Origin: Methanomassiliicoccales archaeon
GTDB lineage: Archaea > Thermoplasmatota > Thermoplasmata > RBG-16-68-12 > SOIM01
Length of the DNA stretch: 64,000 nt
Assembly (NCBI GenBank): GCA_030593885.1
Contig: JAUVGH010000003.1
Location: 3,011-67,010, forward strand
Reading direction: 5' to 3'
Shown: positions 1-9,793 of the stretch, piece by piece
Layout of the letters: every line of letters starts with the position of its first letter
How positions within the stretch are numbered: position 1 is the stretch's first letter
The notes under the pieces: model-generated
Database searches by the model: none
The model's input: the letters and a program-made list of their open reading frames with translations, nothing else
Told to the model about the DNA's origin: nothing
Made by a program: the position numbers and the translations under genes

Positions 1-492
1 AACGCCAAATCATTCGGCTGGGACCTGGAACGGTTCAAGGGCGAGAGCCTCTCGTTGGTTAAACTGGAGCCTGCTGACATGAAGAGCACTTTGACCAAGG
101 TGCGGAGCGAGTTACCGTCGTATATCAAGAAGTTCGGTGCGGAACGAATCGTGCTGGACTCTGTCTCCCTGCTCTCGATGATGTTCCCCGACGAAGGTGA
201 GAGGAGAACGCATCTGTTCGATCTCTGCCAGTTGATGAGGAATTCCGGAGCGACATCGCTGCTGACGGCCGAATCGAAGGACGAGAACCCGAGATCGTCC
301 AAGGACGGGCTGGTGGAATATGTCTCTGATGGTGTCATCTCCCTTCAGCTCCAGGACACCAAGGGGTCGTCGGATGTTCAGCTCGTGATCCAGGTAGTGA
401 AGATGAGGAGATTGGGCCATTCCAGGAGACTGAAGCCCTACACGATTACCAGCGATGGGATAGTCGTTCATACTGAAGCAGAGGTCTTCTGA
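1..492 (+). CDS. KaiC/RadA-like RecA-superfamily ATPase, C-terminal part (5' end outside the window)
   Basis: Frame 1 is open from base 1 (NAKSFGWDLERFKGESL...) and runs into listed ORF 55..492. Segments such as GAERIVLDSVSLL, ATSLLTAE and VKMRRLGHSRRLKPYTITSDGIVV look like the distal half of a KaiC-type ATPase domain. Confidence 0.6.
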   Translation, partial: NAKSFGWDLERFKGESLSLVKLEPADMKSTLTKVRSELPSYIKKFGAERIVLDSVSLLSMMFPDEGERRTHLFDLCQLMRNSGATSLLTAESKDENPRSSKDGLVEYVSDGVISLQLQDTKGSSDVQLVIQVVKMRRLGHSRRLKPYTITSDGIVVHTEAEVF

Positions 493-568
493 AACGAGAA
501 TCGAATCCGTCGGTCGTCGACGAGAACTTGACTATCCGGTGCTCACAATCGACACGGTGAAACCACAG

Positions 569-578
569 TTTTAATTAT
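569..578 (+). promoter_or_regulatory. Candidate archaeal TATA box (TTTTAATTAT) upstream of purC
   Basis: AT-rich octamer-like element about 30 bp upstream of the ATG at 606, in an otherwise GC-rich spacer. Confidence 0.4.
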
Positions 579-605
579 GTTCGCTACCATCATGGGACCG
601 AGAAC

Positions 606-1532
606 ATGAGGCTTCTGAAAAGGGGGAAGGTGAAGGATCTATTCGAAGTGAACGAGAACGAACTAGAGTTCCTTTTCACGGACAGGATCTCTGTCTTTGA
701 CAAGATCGTCCCGACGGATGTTCCCAAGAAGGGCGAGACCCTTTGCGGCGAGGCCTCCTTCTGGTTCGAAAAGAGCCAGGAGATAGGGATCAGGACACAT
801 TTCCTCAGCATGCCATCCGCCAACCGGATGAGGGTGAGGAGGGTGGACGTGATACCCGATTACAATAAGATAAACAGCGAGACCACGAACTACCTGATAC
901 CTGCAGAGTGGATATCCAGACACTATGTGGCGGGTTCCCTGTACGACAGGTTGAAGGCGGGCAAGATGGACCCGACCGACCTGGGTTTCTCTGCCGGTTA
1001 CGCGCCGAAGTACGGCGACGAGCTCCCTCAGCCCATCTTGGAACAGACCACCAAACTGGAGGATGTGGACAGGAAGATAGACAAATCGGAGCTCCTCAAG
1101 ATGACCGGGCTCACCGAGGACGAGTACGAAGAGGTTCTGGAGTTGAACCTGGAGCTGGATGAGAGGATCAGCAACGAGGTAGGACAACGGGGTCTCCTGC
1201 ACGTGGACGGCAAGAAGGAGTTCGCCTTCGACGAGAACCGGAAGCTCATGGTCATCGATTCCTTCGGCACATGCGACGAGGACAGGTTCTGGGACACCGA
1301 AGCTTACCAGAACGGAGAGTTCAAGGAGCTCAGCAAGGAGACGGTCAGGCAGTATTACCGTTCAACAAGTTACTTTGATCAATTGGAGGACGCCAGAAGC
1401 AAGGGCCTTGAGGAGCCGGATATCCCGCCTCTTCCCCCCGAAATCCTGGAAGAGACGAAGAGCATATACATGGAGATGTACGAGAGGATAACGGGTCGGC
1501 CTTTCAAATCAGGATCACAAGTTCAGGAGTAG
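606..1532 (+). CDS. purC: Phosphoribosylaminoimidazole-succinocarboxamide (SAICAR) synthase
   Basis: N-terminus LKRGKVKDLFEV...LEFLFTDRISVFDKIVP...KGETLC is the typical PurC signature. The 308-aa ORF is the long archaeal form. Confidence 0.88.
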   Translation: MRLLKRGKVKDLFEVNENELEFLFTDRISVFDKIVPTDVPKKGETLCGEASFWFEKSQEIGIRTHFLSMPSANRMRVRRVDVIPDYNKINSETTNYLIPAEWISRHYVAGSLYDRLKAGKMDPTDLGFSAGYAPKYGDELPQPILEQTTKLEDVDRKIDKSELLKMTGLTEDEYEEVLELNLELDERISNEVGQRGLLHVDGKKEFAFDENRKLMVIDSFGTCDEDRFWDTEAYQNGEFKELSKETVRQYYRSTSYFDQLEDARSKGLEEPDIPPLPPEILEETKSIYMEMYERITGRPFKSGSQVQE

Positions 1533-1537
1533 AGAAC

Positions 1538-2413
1538 ATGGGACTCACAATATATGTGAATGGCGAATATATGGATAGGGATACCCCGTGCATATCGATC
1601 TTCGACCACGGTCTATTGTACGGCGACGGTATATTCGAAGGCATAAGGGCTTACAACAAGAGAATCTTCAAGTTCGACGAGCACATGGATAGGCTCTACA
1701 ACTCGGCGAAAGCGATCGATTTGGTAATCCCGCTTGAAAAGGAGGAGTTCAAGAGGATTATCATTGACCTGTGCAGGAGGAACGAGATAGTCAACGGATA
1801 CATGAGACCCATCGTGACCAGGGGGAAAGGAGATCTCGGCCTTGATCCGAGAAGGTGCAAAGAAGCGACTGTCGCGGTCATCGCACAACCTTTCGACCCC
1901 CTTTACGGGGACGCGTACGAGAAGGGTCTGAAGGTAGTGACGACGAGCTGGAGAAGGAACCCCCCGATGTGCGTCAACCCCAACATCAAGTCACTGAACT
2001 ATCTGAACAATGTGCTTGCGAGAATCGAGGCTAACCAAGCTGACGCGGACGAGGCATTATTCCTGGACAGTGAAGGATACGTTTCAGAAGCATCCGCCGA
2101 CAACTTCTTCATAATCCTCAATGACGTTGTCACCAGCCCGCCTTCGGTGACCAATCTCAGAGGAATCACAAGGGACACGGCAATGGAGCTGGCGGAGCAG
2201 AAGGGATGGAAGACCAAAAAGAGGTTGTTCACCCTCTTCGATGTCTACTCGGCAGAGGAGTGCTTCATCACCGGAACCGCCGCCGAGATCGGCCCGGTCG
2301 TGGACGTGGATGGGAGGTCTATCAACGACGGGAAGCCGGGTCCGATGACGCTGGAACTAATGAAGGCTTACAAGGACCTGGTGAACAGCACGGGAACGCC
2401 CATATACGAATGA
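1538..2413 (+). CDS. ilvE: Branched-chain amino acid aminotransferase (class IV PLP enzyme)
   Basis: DHGLLYGDGIFEGIRAY, MRPIVTRG, NIKSLNYLNNVLA and ECFITGTAAEI are class IV aminotransferase motifs. Confidence 0.85.
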   Translation: MGLTIYVNGEYMDRDTPCISIFDHGLLYGDGIFEGIRAYNKRIFKFDEHMDRLYNSAKAIDLVIPLEKEEFKRIIIDLCRRNEIVNGYMRPIVTRGKGDLGLDPRRCKEATVAVIAQPFDPLYGDAYEKGLKVVTTSWRRNPPMCVNPNIKSLNYLNNVLARIEANQADADEALFLDSEGYVSEASADNFFIILNDVVTSPPSVTNLRGITRDTAMELAEQKGWKTKKRLFTLFDVYSAEECFITGTAAEIGPVVDVDGRSINDGKPGPMTLELMKAYKDLVNSTGTPIYE

Positions 2414-2423
2414 GAGTTCGGAC

Positions 2424-3527
2424 ATGAAACTCCTCGAGCACAAAGCCAAGGAAGTGCTGTCCAGATACGGAATACCGGTGCCGAGAGGTGTTGTTGCGAG
2501 CGATCCTGGGCTGGTGAAAGATTTTCCATTTCCGGCCGCCATAAAGGCACAGGTGCCCATCGGCGGAAGGGGGAAGGCAGGCGGTGTCAAGTTCGCAAAG
2601 GATTCAGAACAGGCAAAGGAGTTCTTCGACCAGATAATCGGGATGGATATCAAAGGGTATGAGGTCAAGCAGGTGCTGGTCGAGGAGATGGTGGAGTCCG
2701 AAAAGGAGCTCTACCTCAGTTTCATGATAGACAGGAGGGAAGGAACGACACTCCTGATGGTCAGCGGTGAGGGAGGAGTCGAGGTCGAGAGCGTTCCTGA
2801 TGAGAAGATAATCAAGGCGCACATATCGCCGCTCATCGGCATTCAATCGCTCGCACTGAAGGATATGACGACATCCCTGGGCCTCAGCGAAAAGGAAGCT
2901 GAAGACTTCACGGGCATCCTGAACATATGCTACCAGGCATACGAGAAGGAAGATGCGGAACTGATAGAGATCAACCCGCTGGTGGTCACCAAAGAGGGGA
3001 GATTCATCGCTGTTGACGCGAAGGTAACGATAGATGACAATGCTTTGGCCAGACATCCGGAATATCAAGACATGCCACAGGACATCTCCGAATTGGAGAA
3101 AGAGGCAAAGAAGAAGGGCATAGCATTTGTGCAGTTGGACGGGGACATCGGAGTCATAGCCAACGGAGCCGGCCTAACAATGGCCACCCTGGACGTTCTC
3201 AACGCAAAAGGCGGCAAGGGCGGGGTCTTCTTGGACCTCGGAGGAACGGACGACGCTGAGAGGGTGAAGGAAGCGTTCTACTTGATGCAGAAGGCCAAAC
3301 CCAGTGTCATATTGTTGAACATATTCGGCGGGATAACGAAGTGCGACACCGTAGCCCTGGGAGTCAAGGAAGCACTCGAGGAAAGGAACATCGACATCCC
3401 GGTGGTCGCGAGGATAAAAGGTCTGCACGAGAAGGAGGCGAAAGAGATCCTCAAGGACGCTGGCATGATCCCCACGGACACCATCTCCGAAGCTGCCGAA
3501 GAAGTGGTAAGGCTGGGTGGTTCCTGA
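2424..3527 (+). CDS. sucC: Succinyl-CoA synthetase beta subunit (ATP-grasp)
   Basis: [37 protein letters not shown] and [18 protein letters not shown]. Its stop overlaps the sucD start (TGATG). Confidence 0.9.
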   Translation: MKLLEHKAKEVLSRYGIPVPRGVVASDPGLVKDFPFPAAIKAQVPIGGRGKAGGVKFAKDSEQAKEFFDQIIGMDIKGYEVKQVLVEEMVESEKELYLSFMIDRREGTTLLMVSGEGGVEVESVPDEKIIKAHISPLIGIQSLALKDMTTSLGLSEKEAEDFTGILNICYQAYEKEDAELIEINPLVVTKEGRFIAVDAKVTIDDNALARHPEYQDMPQDISELEKEAKKKGIAFVQLDGDIGVIANGAGLTMATLDVLNAKGGKGGVFLDLGGTDDAERVKEAFYLMQKAKPSVILLNIFGGITKCDTVALGVKEALEERNIDIPVVARIKGLHEKEAKEILKDAGMIPTDTISEAAEEVVRLGGS

Positions 3528-4390
3528 TGGCGATACTTGTCGACGAGAGCACGAAGGTGATCATCCAGGGCATAACCGGACACCAAGGGTCGTTCCACGC
3601 GGGAGCAATGCTAGAGTACGGGACGAAGGTCGTTGGTGGGGTAACACCCGGCAAGGGCGGTGAGGAGGTCCATGGTCTTCCGGTGTTCGACAGCGTGAAA
3701 GAGGCTATGGAAGGGACCGGGGCGATAGCTTCCATGGTCCTTGTTCCGGCCAGATTCGCGATGGACGCCTGCTATGAAGCAATGGATGCCGGCATCGAAC
3801 TATTGGTACTGATCACAGAGAGGATTCCCTTCCACGACGCGATGAGAATAAAGGCATACGCGAAATCCAAGGATATCAAGGTCATAGGACCAAACACACC
3901 CGGGATAATCTCCCCCGGACTATGCAAGATAGGGATAATGCCGGGTCACATCTTCAACAAGGGGAAGGTAGGGGTCCTTTCCAGAAGCGGCACGCTTACC
4001 TACGAGATTGTGGACTGGATCACCCAGGGCGGCATGGGGCAGAGCACTTGCATGGGCATAGGCGGCGACCCGGTCATAGGCATCAATTTCATCGAGGGTA
4101 TGGAACTCTTCGAGAAGGACAGCGAGACAGAGAGTGTGGTCCTGGTGGGGGAGATCGGAGGGACAGCCGAGGAGGACGCGGCGGAGATCGTTCCGAGCAT
4201 GAGCAAGAAGGTGTTCGCGTACATCGCCGGACAGACCGCACCTGCGGAGAAGAGGATGGGGCATGCGGGCGCGATAATCTCAAGAGGCAGGGGAACGGCG
4301 GAGAGCAAGATCAAGGCCTTCGACAAAGTCGGGGTGCCGGTCGCAGCGCTTCCATCGGACATCTCCAAGCTTTTGATGGGTCAGATTTAG
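3527..4390 (+). CDS. sucD: Succinyl-CoA synthetase alpha subunit
   Basis: The internal ATG at 3527 gives [24 protein letters not shown], then SRSGTLTYE and GHAGAII. The track ORF 3341..4390 carries an Arg/His-rich 5' extension that overlaps sucC. Confidence 0.9.
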   Translation: MAILVDESTKVIIQGITGHQGSFHAGAMLEYGTKVVGGVTPGKGGEEVHGLPVFDSVKEAMEGTGAIASMVLVPARFAMDACYEAMDAGIELLVLITERIPFHDAMRIKAYAKSKDIKVIGPNTPGIISPGLCKIGIMPGHIFNKGKVGVLSRSGTLTYEIVDWITQGGMGQSTCMGIGGDPVIGINFIEGMELFEKDSETESVVLVGEIGGTAEEDAAEIVPSMSKKVFAYIAGQTAPAEKRMGHAGAIISRGRGTAESKIKAFDKVGVPVAALPSDISKLLMGQI

Positions 4391-4445
4391 TGATCTTCGG
4401 TCGAGCCAGTCATTGGTTTTTCTTCTCAAGATTGTTTGGCAAACG

Positions 4446-4453
4446 ATTAAATA
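4446..4453 (+). promoter_or_regulatory. Candidate TATA box (ATTAAATA) upstream of topA
   Basis: About 30 bp upstream of the ATG at 4479, consistent with a leaderless or short-leader archaeal mRNA. Confidence 0.4.
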
Positions 4454-4478
4454 TGGTATCTACTACTGAACGGGAGCA

Positions 4479-6740
4479 ATGCGAAAACTAGTGATATGCG
4501 AGAAAAATATCTCGGCTTCCCGGATAGCTTTCATACTGTCCAACGGAGAAGCGAAGAAGAAATCCATAAACAAAATCCCTGTCTGGGAATTCGAAAGAGA
4601 TGGGGACGAGTATTCTGTAATAGGGCTCAGAGGACACATAGTCACATTGGACTACGGCGAGGAGTATCGCCAATGGAGAAAGGACAACTTGAAGAAGTTG
4701 GCCAGGGCCAAACCTGAAAAGAAGATCCTGGCACCAGCGATAGTTGCTGCGACCAAGAACATGCTGGATGGAGTGGATGAGATCATCGTTGCCACTGACT
4801 TCGACAGGGAAGGTGAGCTGATTGGTGTTGATGTCCTGGACCTTCTAGATGATTCAATCATAGACATTCCCAAGAGAAGGGCAAAATTCAGCGCGCTAAC
4901 AAAACACGAGATAGAGAGTGCCTTCAAGGAGCTGGTGGATATCGACTATCCCCTTGCATTGTCGGCAAAATCAAGACAGTTCATCGATCTTGCCTGGGGC
5001 GCAAGCCTGACCCGATTCATTTCATTGGCCACAGGGCAACGGGGCAAGGACTACCTCTCCGTGGGTCGTGTCCAAAGCCCAACCCTGGCCCTCATAGTCG
5101 ATAGGGAGAAGGAGATTCAAGCCTTCGTTCCAGAACCCTTCTGGGAGATTGTGGCACAATTCGAGAAGGACAGTGTCTTTCAAGCTAAACATACGAACGG
5201 ACGGTTCTGGAAGGAGCAAGAGGCAAAAGATGTTCTGAAGAAAGTCCAATCCGCGAAGTCGGGAAGAGTGGAGGAGTTCGAGGCGGGGAAGGAGTTGAAT
5301 AGGCCACCAGCACCCTTCGATACGACAACGTTCCTGTTGGAGGCGAACAGGCGAGGCTATACGGCATCCAGGGCGATGAAGATCGCAGAGGGCTTGTACA
5401 CCAGAGGTCTGATCAGCTATCCCAGAACTGACAACACCGTATACCCAAGAACACTAGGCTTGAGAAGAATTTTGGAGAAGCTGAAGGAATCGTCATTTTC
5501 TAAAGAGGCAAAGGAGATCCTCGCTCAGAAAGAGCTGAAGCCGTCCCGAGGTAGAAAGCTCTCTACAGATCACCCCCCCATACACCCGGTAGCTGGAGCA
5601 AAGAAGACGAAGCTGAAGGGCGATAACTGGAACATCTACGAGTTGGTCGTTAGGCGTTTCCTTGCGACTCTGGCCCCGGATATGGTTCTGAACGTCTCCA
5701 AGGCAACACTTGAGGTCGAAGGAGAGAAATTCGAGGCCGTGGGGGCTAAGATTCTGGACGAGGGTTGGCATAAGTACTATCCCTATATTGATATCAAAGA
5801 GGCGCACCTTCCCACGCTCCAGGTCGGCGAGGATGTTGAACTCAACGAAGTGAACATGGAGAACGGCGAGACGAAGCCTCCGTTCAGGTTCACGCAGGGT
5901 TATTTGCTGAGAGAAATGGAGAACTTGGGACTGGGGACGAAAAGCACACGTCATGAGATCATACAAAAACTCATTCGACGAGAATATGTAGAAGGGAAGT
6001 ACCTCAGACCAACCGACGCTGGCATCGCCCTTATCAACACATTGGAAGAGCACGCAAACCAGATTGCGAAGCCGGACATGACGAGAACACTGGAAGAGGA
6101 CATGCTTGGCATAGCGAAGGGTGAGAAGAGCCTGGAAGAGGTCGTTGAAGAATCACAAGAGATGTTGGTGGATACGCTTGAGGTTCTCGAGGCTCATGAG
6201 GAAGCCATCGGTGCTGAAATCAAAGGTGCGCTTCTGAATCAAAACTTGATAGGCAAATGCAAGGTGTGCGGAGGAGATCTTCGAATAGTGCGTTCTCGTA
6301 GAGGTAGCAAGTTCATTGGCTGTTCAGGATATCCCAATTGCAAAGCGACATACAACCTGCCCAGAGGAGCTAGGGGAACGGATGATGAGTGCGAGGTGTG
6401 CGGTGCTCCGAAGATATCTGTTCCTCACGGAAAAAGCAGAGATGAGATCTGTGTTGACCCCGGATGTTCCTCGAGACGCTTGGGGGAGTGTAAGATATGT
6501 GGTGGCAACATGATTGTGAAACACTCCAGAAAGGGGAGATTCCTGGGGTGCTCCAACTACCCTGAATGCACAAACACGGTTTGGGCAATACCCAGATACG
6601 GCCCGCTTCTCCCCACCGACAAGGACTGCGAGCACTGTGGTACGCTGATGGTCGATCACATAAGGTACAACAAAGGACCACAACTGATCTGCATCAACTC
6701 AGACTGTCCAGCAAAGAAGAAGAACAGCAAGAAGAAGTGA
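4479..6740 (+). CDS. topA: DNA topoisomerase I (type IA) with four C-terminal zinc ribbons
   Basis: Toprim start MRKLVICEKNISA...ATDFDREGE, then QSPTLALIVDRE and the catalytic-Tyr region SYPRTD. Four CxxC...C..C ribbons follow (CKVCGG, CEVCGA, CKICGG, CEHCG). Confidence 0.9.
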   Translation: MRKLVICEKNISASRIAFILSNGEAKKKSINKIPVWEFERDGDEYSVIGLRGHIVTLDYGEEYRQWRKDNLKKLARAKPEKKILAPAIVAATKNMLDGVDEIIVATDFDREGELIGVDVLDLLDDSIIDIPKRRAKFSALTKHEIESAFKELVDIDYPLALSAKSRQFIDLAWGASLTRFISLATGQRGKDYLSVGRVQSPTLALIVDREKEIQAFVPEPFWEIVAQFEKDSVFQAKHTNGRFWKEQEAKDVLKKVQSAKSGRVEEFEAGKELNRPPAPFDTTTFLLEANRRGYTASRAMKIAEGLYTRGLISYPRTDNTVYPRTLGLRRILEKLKESSFSKEAKEILAQKELKPSRGRKLSTDHPPIHPVAGAKKTKLKGDNWNIYELVVRRFLATLAPDMVLNVSKATLEVEGEKFEAVGAKILDEGWHKYYPYIDIKEAHLPTLQVGEDVELNEVNMENGETKPPFRFTQGYLLREMENLGLGTKSTRHEIIQKLIRREYVEGKYLRPTDAGIALINTLEEHANQIAKPDMTRTLEEDMLGIAKGEKSLEEVVEESQEMLVDTLEVLEAHEEAIGAEIKGALLNQNLIGKCKVCGGDLRIVRSRRGSKFIGCSGYPNCKATYNLPRGARGTDDECEVCGAPKISVPHGKSRDEICVDPGCSSRRLGECKICGGNMIVKHSRKGRFLGCSNYPECTNTVWAIPRYGPLLPTDKDCEHCGTLMVDHIRYNKGPQLICINSDCPAKKKNSKKK

Positions 6741-6748
6741 GTTTAAAT
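6741..6748 (+). promoter_or_regulatory. Candidate TATA box (TTTAAATA) for the L40e gene
   Basis: A consensus-like TATA box immediately after the topA stop and 28-35 bp before the ATG at 6776. Confidence 0.5.
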
Positions 6749-6775
6749 AGCCGGTTCTCAATCGGATGGTGTTGA

Positions 6776-6925
6776 TATGGCTCGATTCCCTGAGGCAGAG
6801 GCAAGGTTGCTCCACAAGAAGATCTGCATGAAATGCAGTGCCAGGAACTCCATGAGGGCCACACAGTGCAGGAAATGCGGGAGCAAGGAGCTCAGGCCCA
6901 AGGCCAAAGAGGCCAGAAGACAGTA
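6776..6925 (+). CDS. rpl40e: 50S ribosomal protein L40e
   Basis: Hand translation gives [49 protein letters not shown] (49 aa), with the CxxC...CxxC zinc ribbon typical of L40e. It falls below the 60-aa cutoff of the supplied ORF track. Confidence 0.85.
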
Positions 6926-7003
6926 GAGCCAGCGTTTTCTCCGTGATTACGAAAGATTTTTAATAGACCGAGGGGCTACCCTTTTCCACACCCATTAAAC
7001 AAT

Positions 7004-9745
7004 ATGAACGGGGGATATGAAGGAGGACTAACTTTGAAAGTGGGCGAAAGGTTTAGGAAGGAATTCGTTCTGGCGATCGTCTTTCTGTTCGCGCTCAGCG
7101 GCTTCTTTGGGTTGATCGGCACAGCTGATGATGTTGAGCCGCGAGGAGGATTGTTCGGCGGAGAACTGAGGGTCGCCTTGCAGAGCGATATCGAGGAAAA
7201 TCCCATGGCTGCAAGTGATGATGCCAGCGTGCTGGCGGTAAGCCTGATGTACGATTCTCTCGCCAAGATAGATGAGGTCACACTTCTGCCGGAGCCGTGG
7301 GTGGCCATCAACTGGACGCTCACGTCCAACGATACTGTTGATGTGAACCTCAGGACTGATGTCGAGTGGCACGACTCGACGGATGACGCCCCACATTACG
7401 TGACGGCCTCGGATATCTGCAACTCGTATGCCGCAATGAAGACCTCCGCACACTGGGCAGATCTGCTCCAGAACGTGGTCTGCACTGCGGGAACCGGCAA
7501 GGTCACCTTCGATCTAACAACCGCCGACCAAGCAAGGGGAGTGTTCTTCAGCAAGGTGCTCACCATACCAATAGTCGGCCCCTCGAATCTCGGGTCCGGC
7601 CCGTACCAGTTCGGAACGAGAGGATCCCACACATTCTCCATAATGGATGACGTGGTCGAGGACAATGCAACCACAGGCCAGAAGCTCGTTATCGCGGGAG
7701 CCCACTACCACTACCTCGATCCCGACCCGAATCTGCTGAGGAACGGCGCGTTGATGCTGGGTAACAGCTATTCGGTCAATCCGTCCAACGGAACGGTCAC
7801 TTTCATCGGCACGACGCTCACCGCTGGAGATGATGTCACGGCCAACTACAGTGGCACCATCCAGTACACCACTATGGTCGCTTTTGAAAGGCATTTCTTC
7901 CGACGTCCATACCTGGACACGATCAATTACACCTTCTTTGCGGACACGGATTCAGCCATCAAGGCCATGATAGACAATGTGGTCGACTTCATCGGATTCG
8001 AGATACCATCCGGAGCCCAGAACGCACTGAGATGGGAAGGAGGCTCTGACGAGGCCACTCTCGGCCTCACACCCACCGTAAGCGTCCAAACGACCAACCC
8101 CAAGCCCACACTGCTATTCCTGGGAATGAACACACCGGTGAACCCGCTGAACGACACCCAGTTCAGAGAGGGACTGTCCATGTCCATCAAGAGGGAACTT
8201 GCGATGAGCTTTGAGGCGAGTACGACCATCGCGGACACCATGATACATCCATCCAACACCTACTGGCACGATCCCACATGCCCCAAGTTCAGGGTTCCAA
8301 AGGACGAGAACAACGAACCGATACTCACGGACATAATCAATCACTTCCAGGACAGCGGGTACCTGGACCCGGATGAGGACGGATACCTGGAGGACCCAAC
8401 GGGAGCTGACTTCAAGCTCAGCATCCTGGTGCCTCCGACAACCGAGGACCCTGCGAAGGCGTCAATCGGAGGGCAGGCGATCGGAGAGGTGTTCAATGAC
8501 GTGGGAGTGGAGACCGAGACGGTCTACCTACCGAACAGTGAAATCAGGAACAGGGTTGTCCTGGACAATTTCTCGCTCTATCTCTCCACCATGGATGTCG
8601 AGGTGGATCCGATATTCCTGTATGATCTGTTCCACAAGGACGGTTCCAGGAACGATGTCAACCTGGACGATCCTTTCCTCAACGACCTTCTGGACAACGT
8701 GAGACTGCAGGTGGACCAAAGCATCAGACAGGGTTACGTGAAGGAAGCGCTGTGTTACATCGCCGAGACCGCACCTGTCGGTACGATCCTGCATTACAAG
8801 GTCCTTGAATCCTTTGAGAAGATCAACTACGAAGGTTGGGTCCAGATGACCGGCGGGGTGAACAACTTCTGGTCATTCATAGGTGTGCATTACCAGCAGC
8901 TCGGACCCATGAAGGCTCAGATCATTCTGCTCGTGGATTCGATACAGGCAGGTGAGCTGATGGATGTCGTAGTTTCGGCCACGAACCTCGTCGATTCTCC
9001 GCTCGAGGGTGCGTGGATCAAAGTGACCAACGATTATGACTCCGAGATCGTCATCGATTATGCCGATGCATCTGGCCAGATAGTGTTCAATTGGACCGGG
9101 CCGGATGTCTCGCTTTCGACCACTGTCACTTTCACGGCCACTGTCAGGATATCTCAGTATGATGAAATGATAGCTGAGAACGCGATTACTGTCCACCCAT
9201 TGATCCAGAAGATGCTTGTGTCCATAGCTGCCCAAGAAAAGGTCATGCAATCGGGCGATGAGACCGTCATAGTCGTGAAGGTCGTCGATGATCTGACTGG
9301 CATAGACCTTCCCGATGTGATCCTGGTCCTCACCTTGTCAGGCGGTGCTGGAGGAGAACTGGGTGCCTACAGTGGCGTAACAGATCCTACTGGCACGTTC
9401 TCAACAACTTTCACAGGCGACGTGACCGCTTCTGTGCAATATGCTATCGAGGTGACACCTTCCAAGGATGGATATGAGCCGTCCACTTCGTCCCAGCTGA
9501 TAGCCTCGGTGATTGTCAATCCAGAGCCCCAAGATGAGCAGGACATTACAATGCTCTTGTTGATCATAATCCTCCTTGTGATTCTGATAGTACTGATCCT
9601 TGCACTGGCCGCCAGAAGGATGCGGGCCGGCAGGGGAGAGGGAGAGGAGTTCGAAGAAGAGCTGGAGGAAGAAGAGGAGCCTGAGGAAGAGATTGAGGAG
9701 GAAGAGGAGTTCGAAGAAGAAACCGAGGTCCTCGTGGAAGAATAG
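7004..9745 (+). CDS. Extracellular solute-binding protein family 5-like (peptide/nickel SBP) with Ig-like C-terminal region, TM anchor and polyglutamate tail
   Basis: N-terminal signal/anchor KEFVLAIVFLFALSGFFGL is followed by LRVALQSDIEENPMAASDDAS...SLMYDSL, which is typical of SBP_bac_5. The C-terminus has TM segment MLLLIIILLVILIVLILALAARR and then an EEFEEELEEEEEPEEE tail. An alternative start is TTG 7034, preceded by GGAGGA. Confidence 0.6.
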   Translation: MNGGYEGGLTLKVGERFRKEFVLAIVFLFALSGFFGLIGTADDVEPRGGLFGGELRVALQSDIEENPMAASDDASVLAVSLMYDSLAKIDEVTLLPEPWVAINWTLTSNDTVDVNLRTDVEWHDSTDDAPHYVTASDICNSYAAMKTSAHWADLLQNVVCTAGTGKVTFDLTTADQARGVFFSKVLTIPIVGPSNLGSGPYQFGTRGSHTFSIMDDVVEDNATTGQKLVIAGAHYHYLDPDPNLLRNGALMLGNSYSVNPSNGTVTFIGTTLTAGDDVTANYSGTIQYTTMVAFERHFFRRPYLDTINYTFFADTDSAIKAMIDNVVDFIGFEIPSGAQNALRWEGGSDEATLGLTPTVSVQTTNPKPTLLFLGMNTPVNPLNDTQFREGLSMSIKRELAMSFEASTTIADTMIHPSNTYWHDPTCPKFRVPKDENNEPILTDIINHFQDSGYLDPDEDGYLEDPTGADFKLSILVPPTTEDPAKASIGGQAIGEVFNDVGVETETVYLPNSEIRNRVVLDNFSLYLSTMDVEVDPIFLYDLFHKDGSRNDVNLDDPFLNDLLDNVRLQVDQSIRQGYVKEALCYIAETAPVGTILHYKVLESFEKINYEGWVQMTGGVNNFWSFIGVHYQQLGPMKAQIILLVDSIQAGELMDVVVSATNLVDSPLEGAWIKVTNDYDSEIVIDYADASGQIVFNWTGPDVSLSTTVTFTATVRISQYDEMIAENAITVHPLIQKMLVSIAAQEKVMQSGDETVIVVKVVDDLTGIDLPDVILVLTLSGGAGGELGAYSGVTDPTGTFSTTFTGDVTASVQYAIEVTPSKDGYEPSTSSQLIASVIVNPEPQDEQDITMLLLIIILLVILIVLILALAARRMRAGRGEGEEFEEELEEEEEPEEEIEEEEEFEEETEVLVEE

Positions 9746-9793
9746 ACGCATTTTAGCCGACTCCGACCGAAAACCACATAATCAAGCCATATC

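Noticed and set aside
493-605. TCGAATCC-containing spacer checked for a tRNA
   Set aside because: No acceptor-stem complementarity or cloverleaf could be drawn on either strand.
3341-3526. 5' extension of sucD in the ORF track. The same issue occurs at 21918-22388, 26296-26358, 27239-27370, 48064-48123, 55478-55510 and 60400-60447.
   Set aside because: The extensions overlap upstream genes or encode Arg/His-rich nonsense. Internal ATGs give canonical family N-termini, often with SD-like or coupled-stop contexts.
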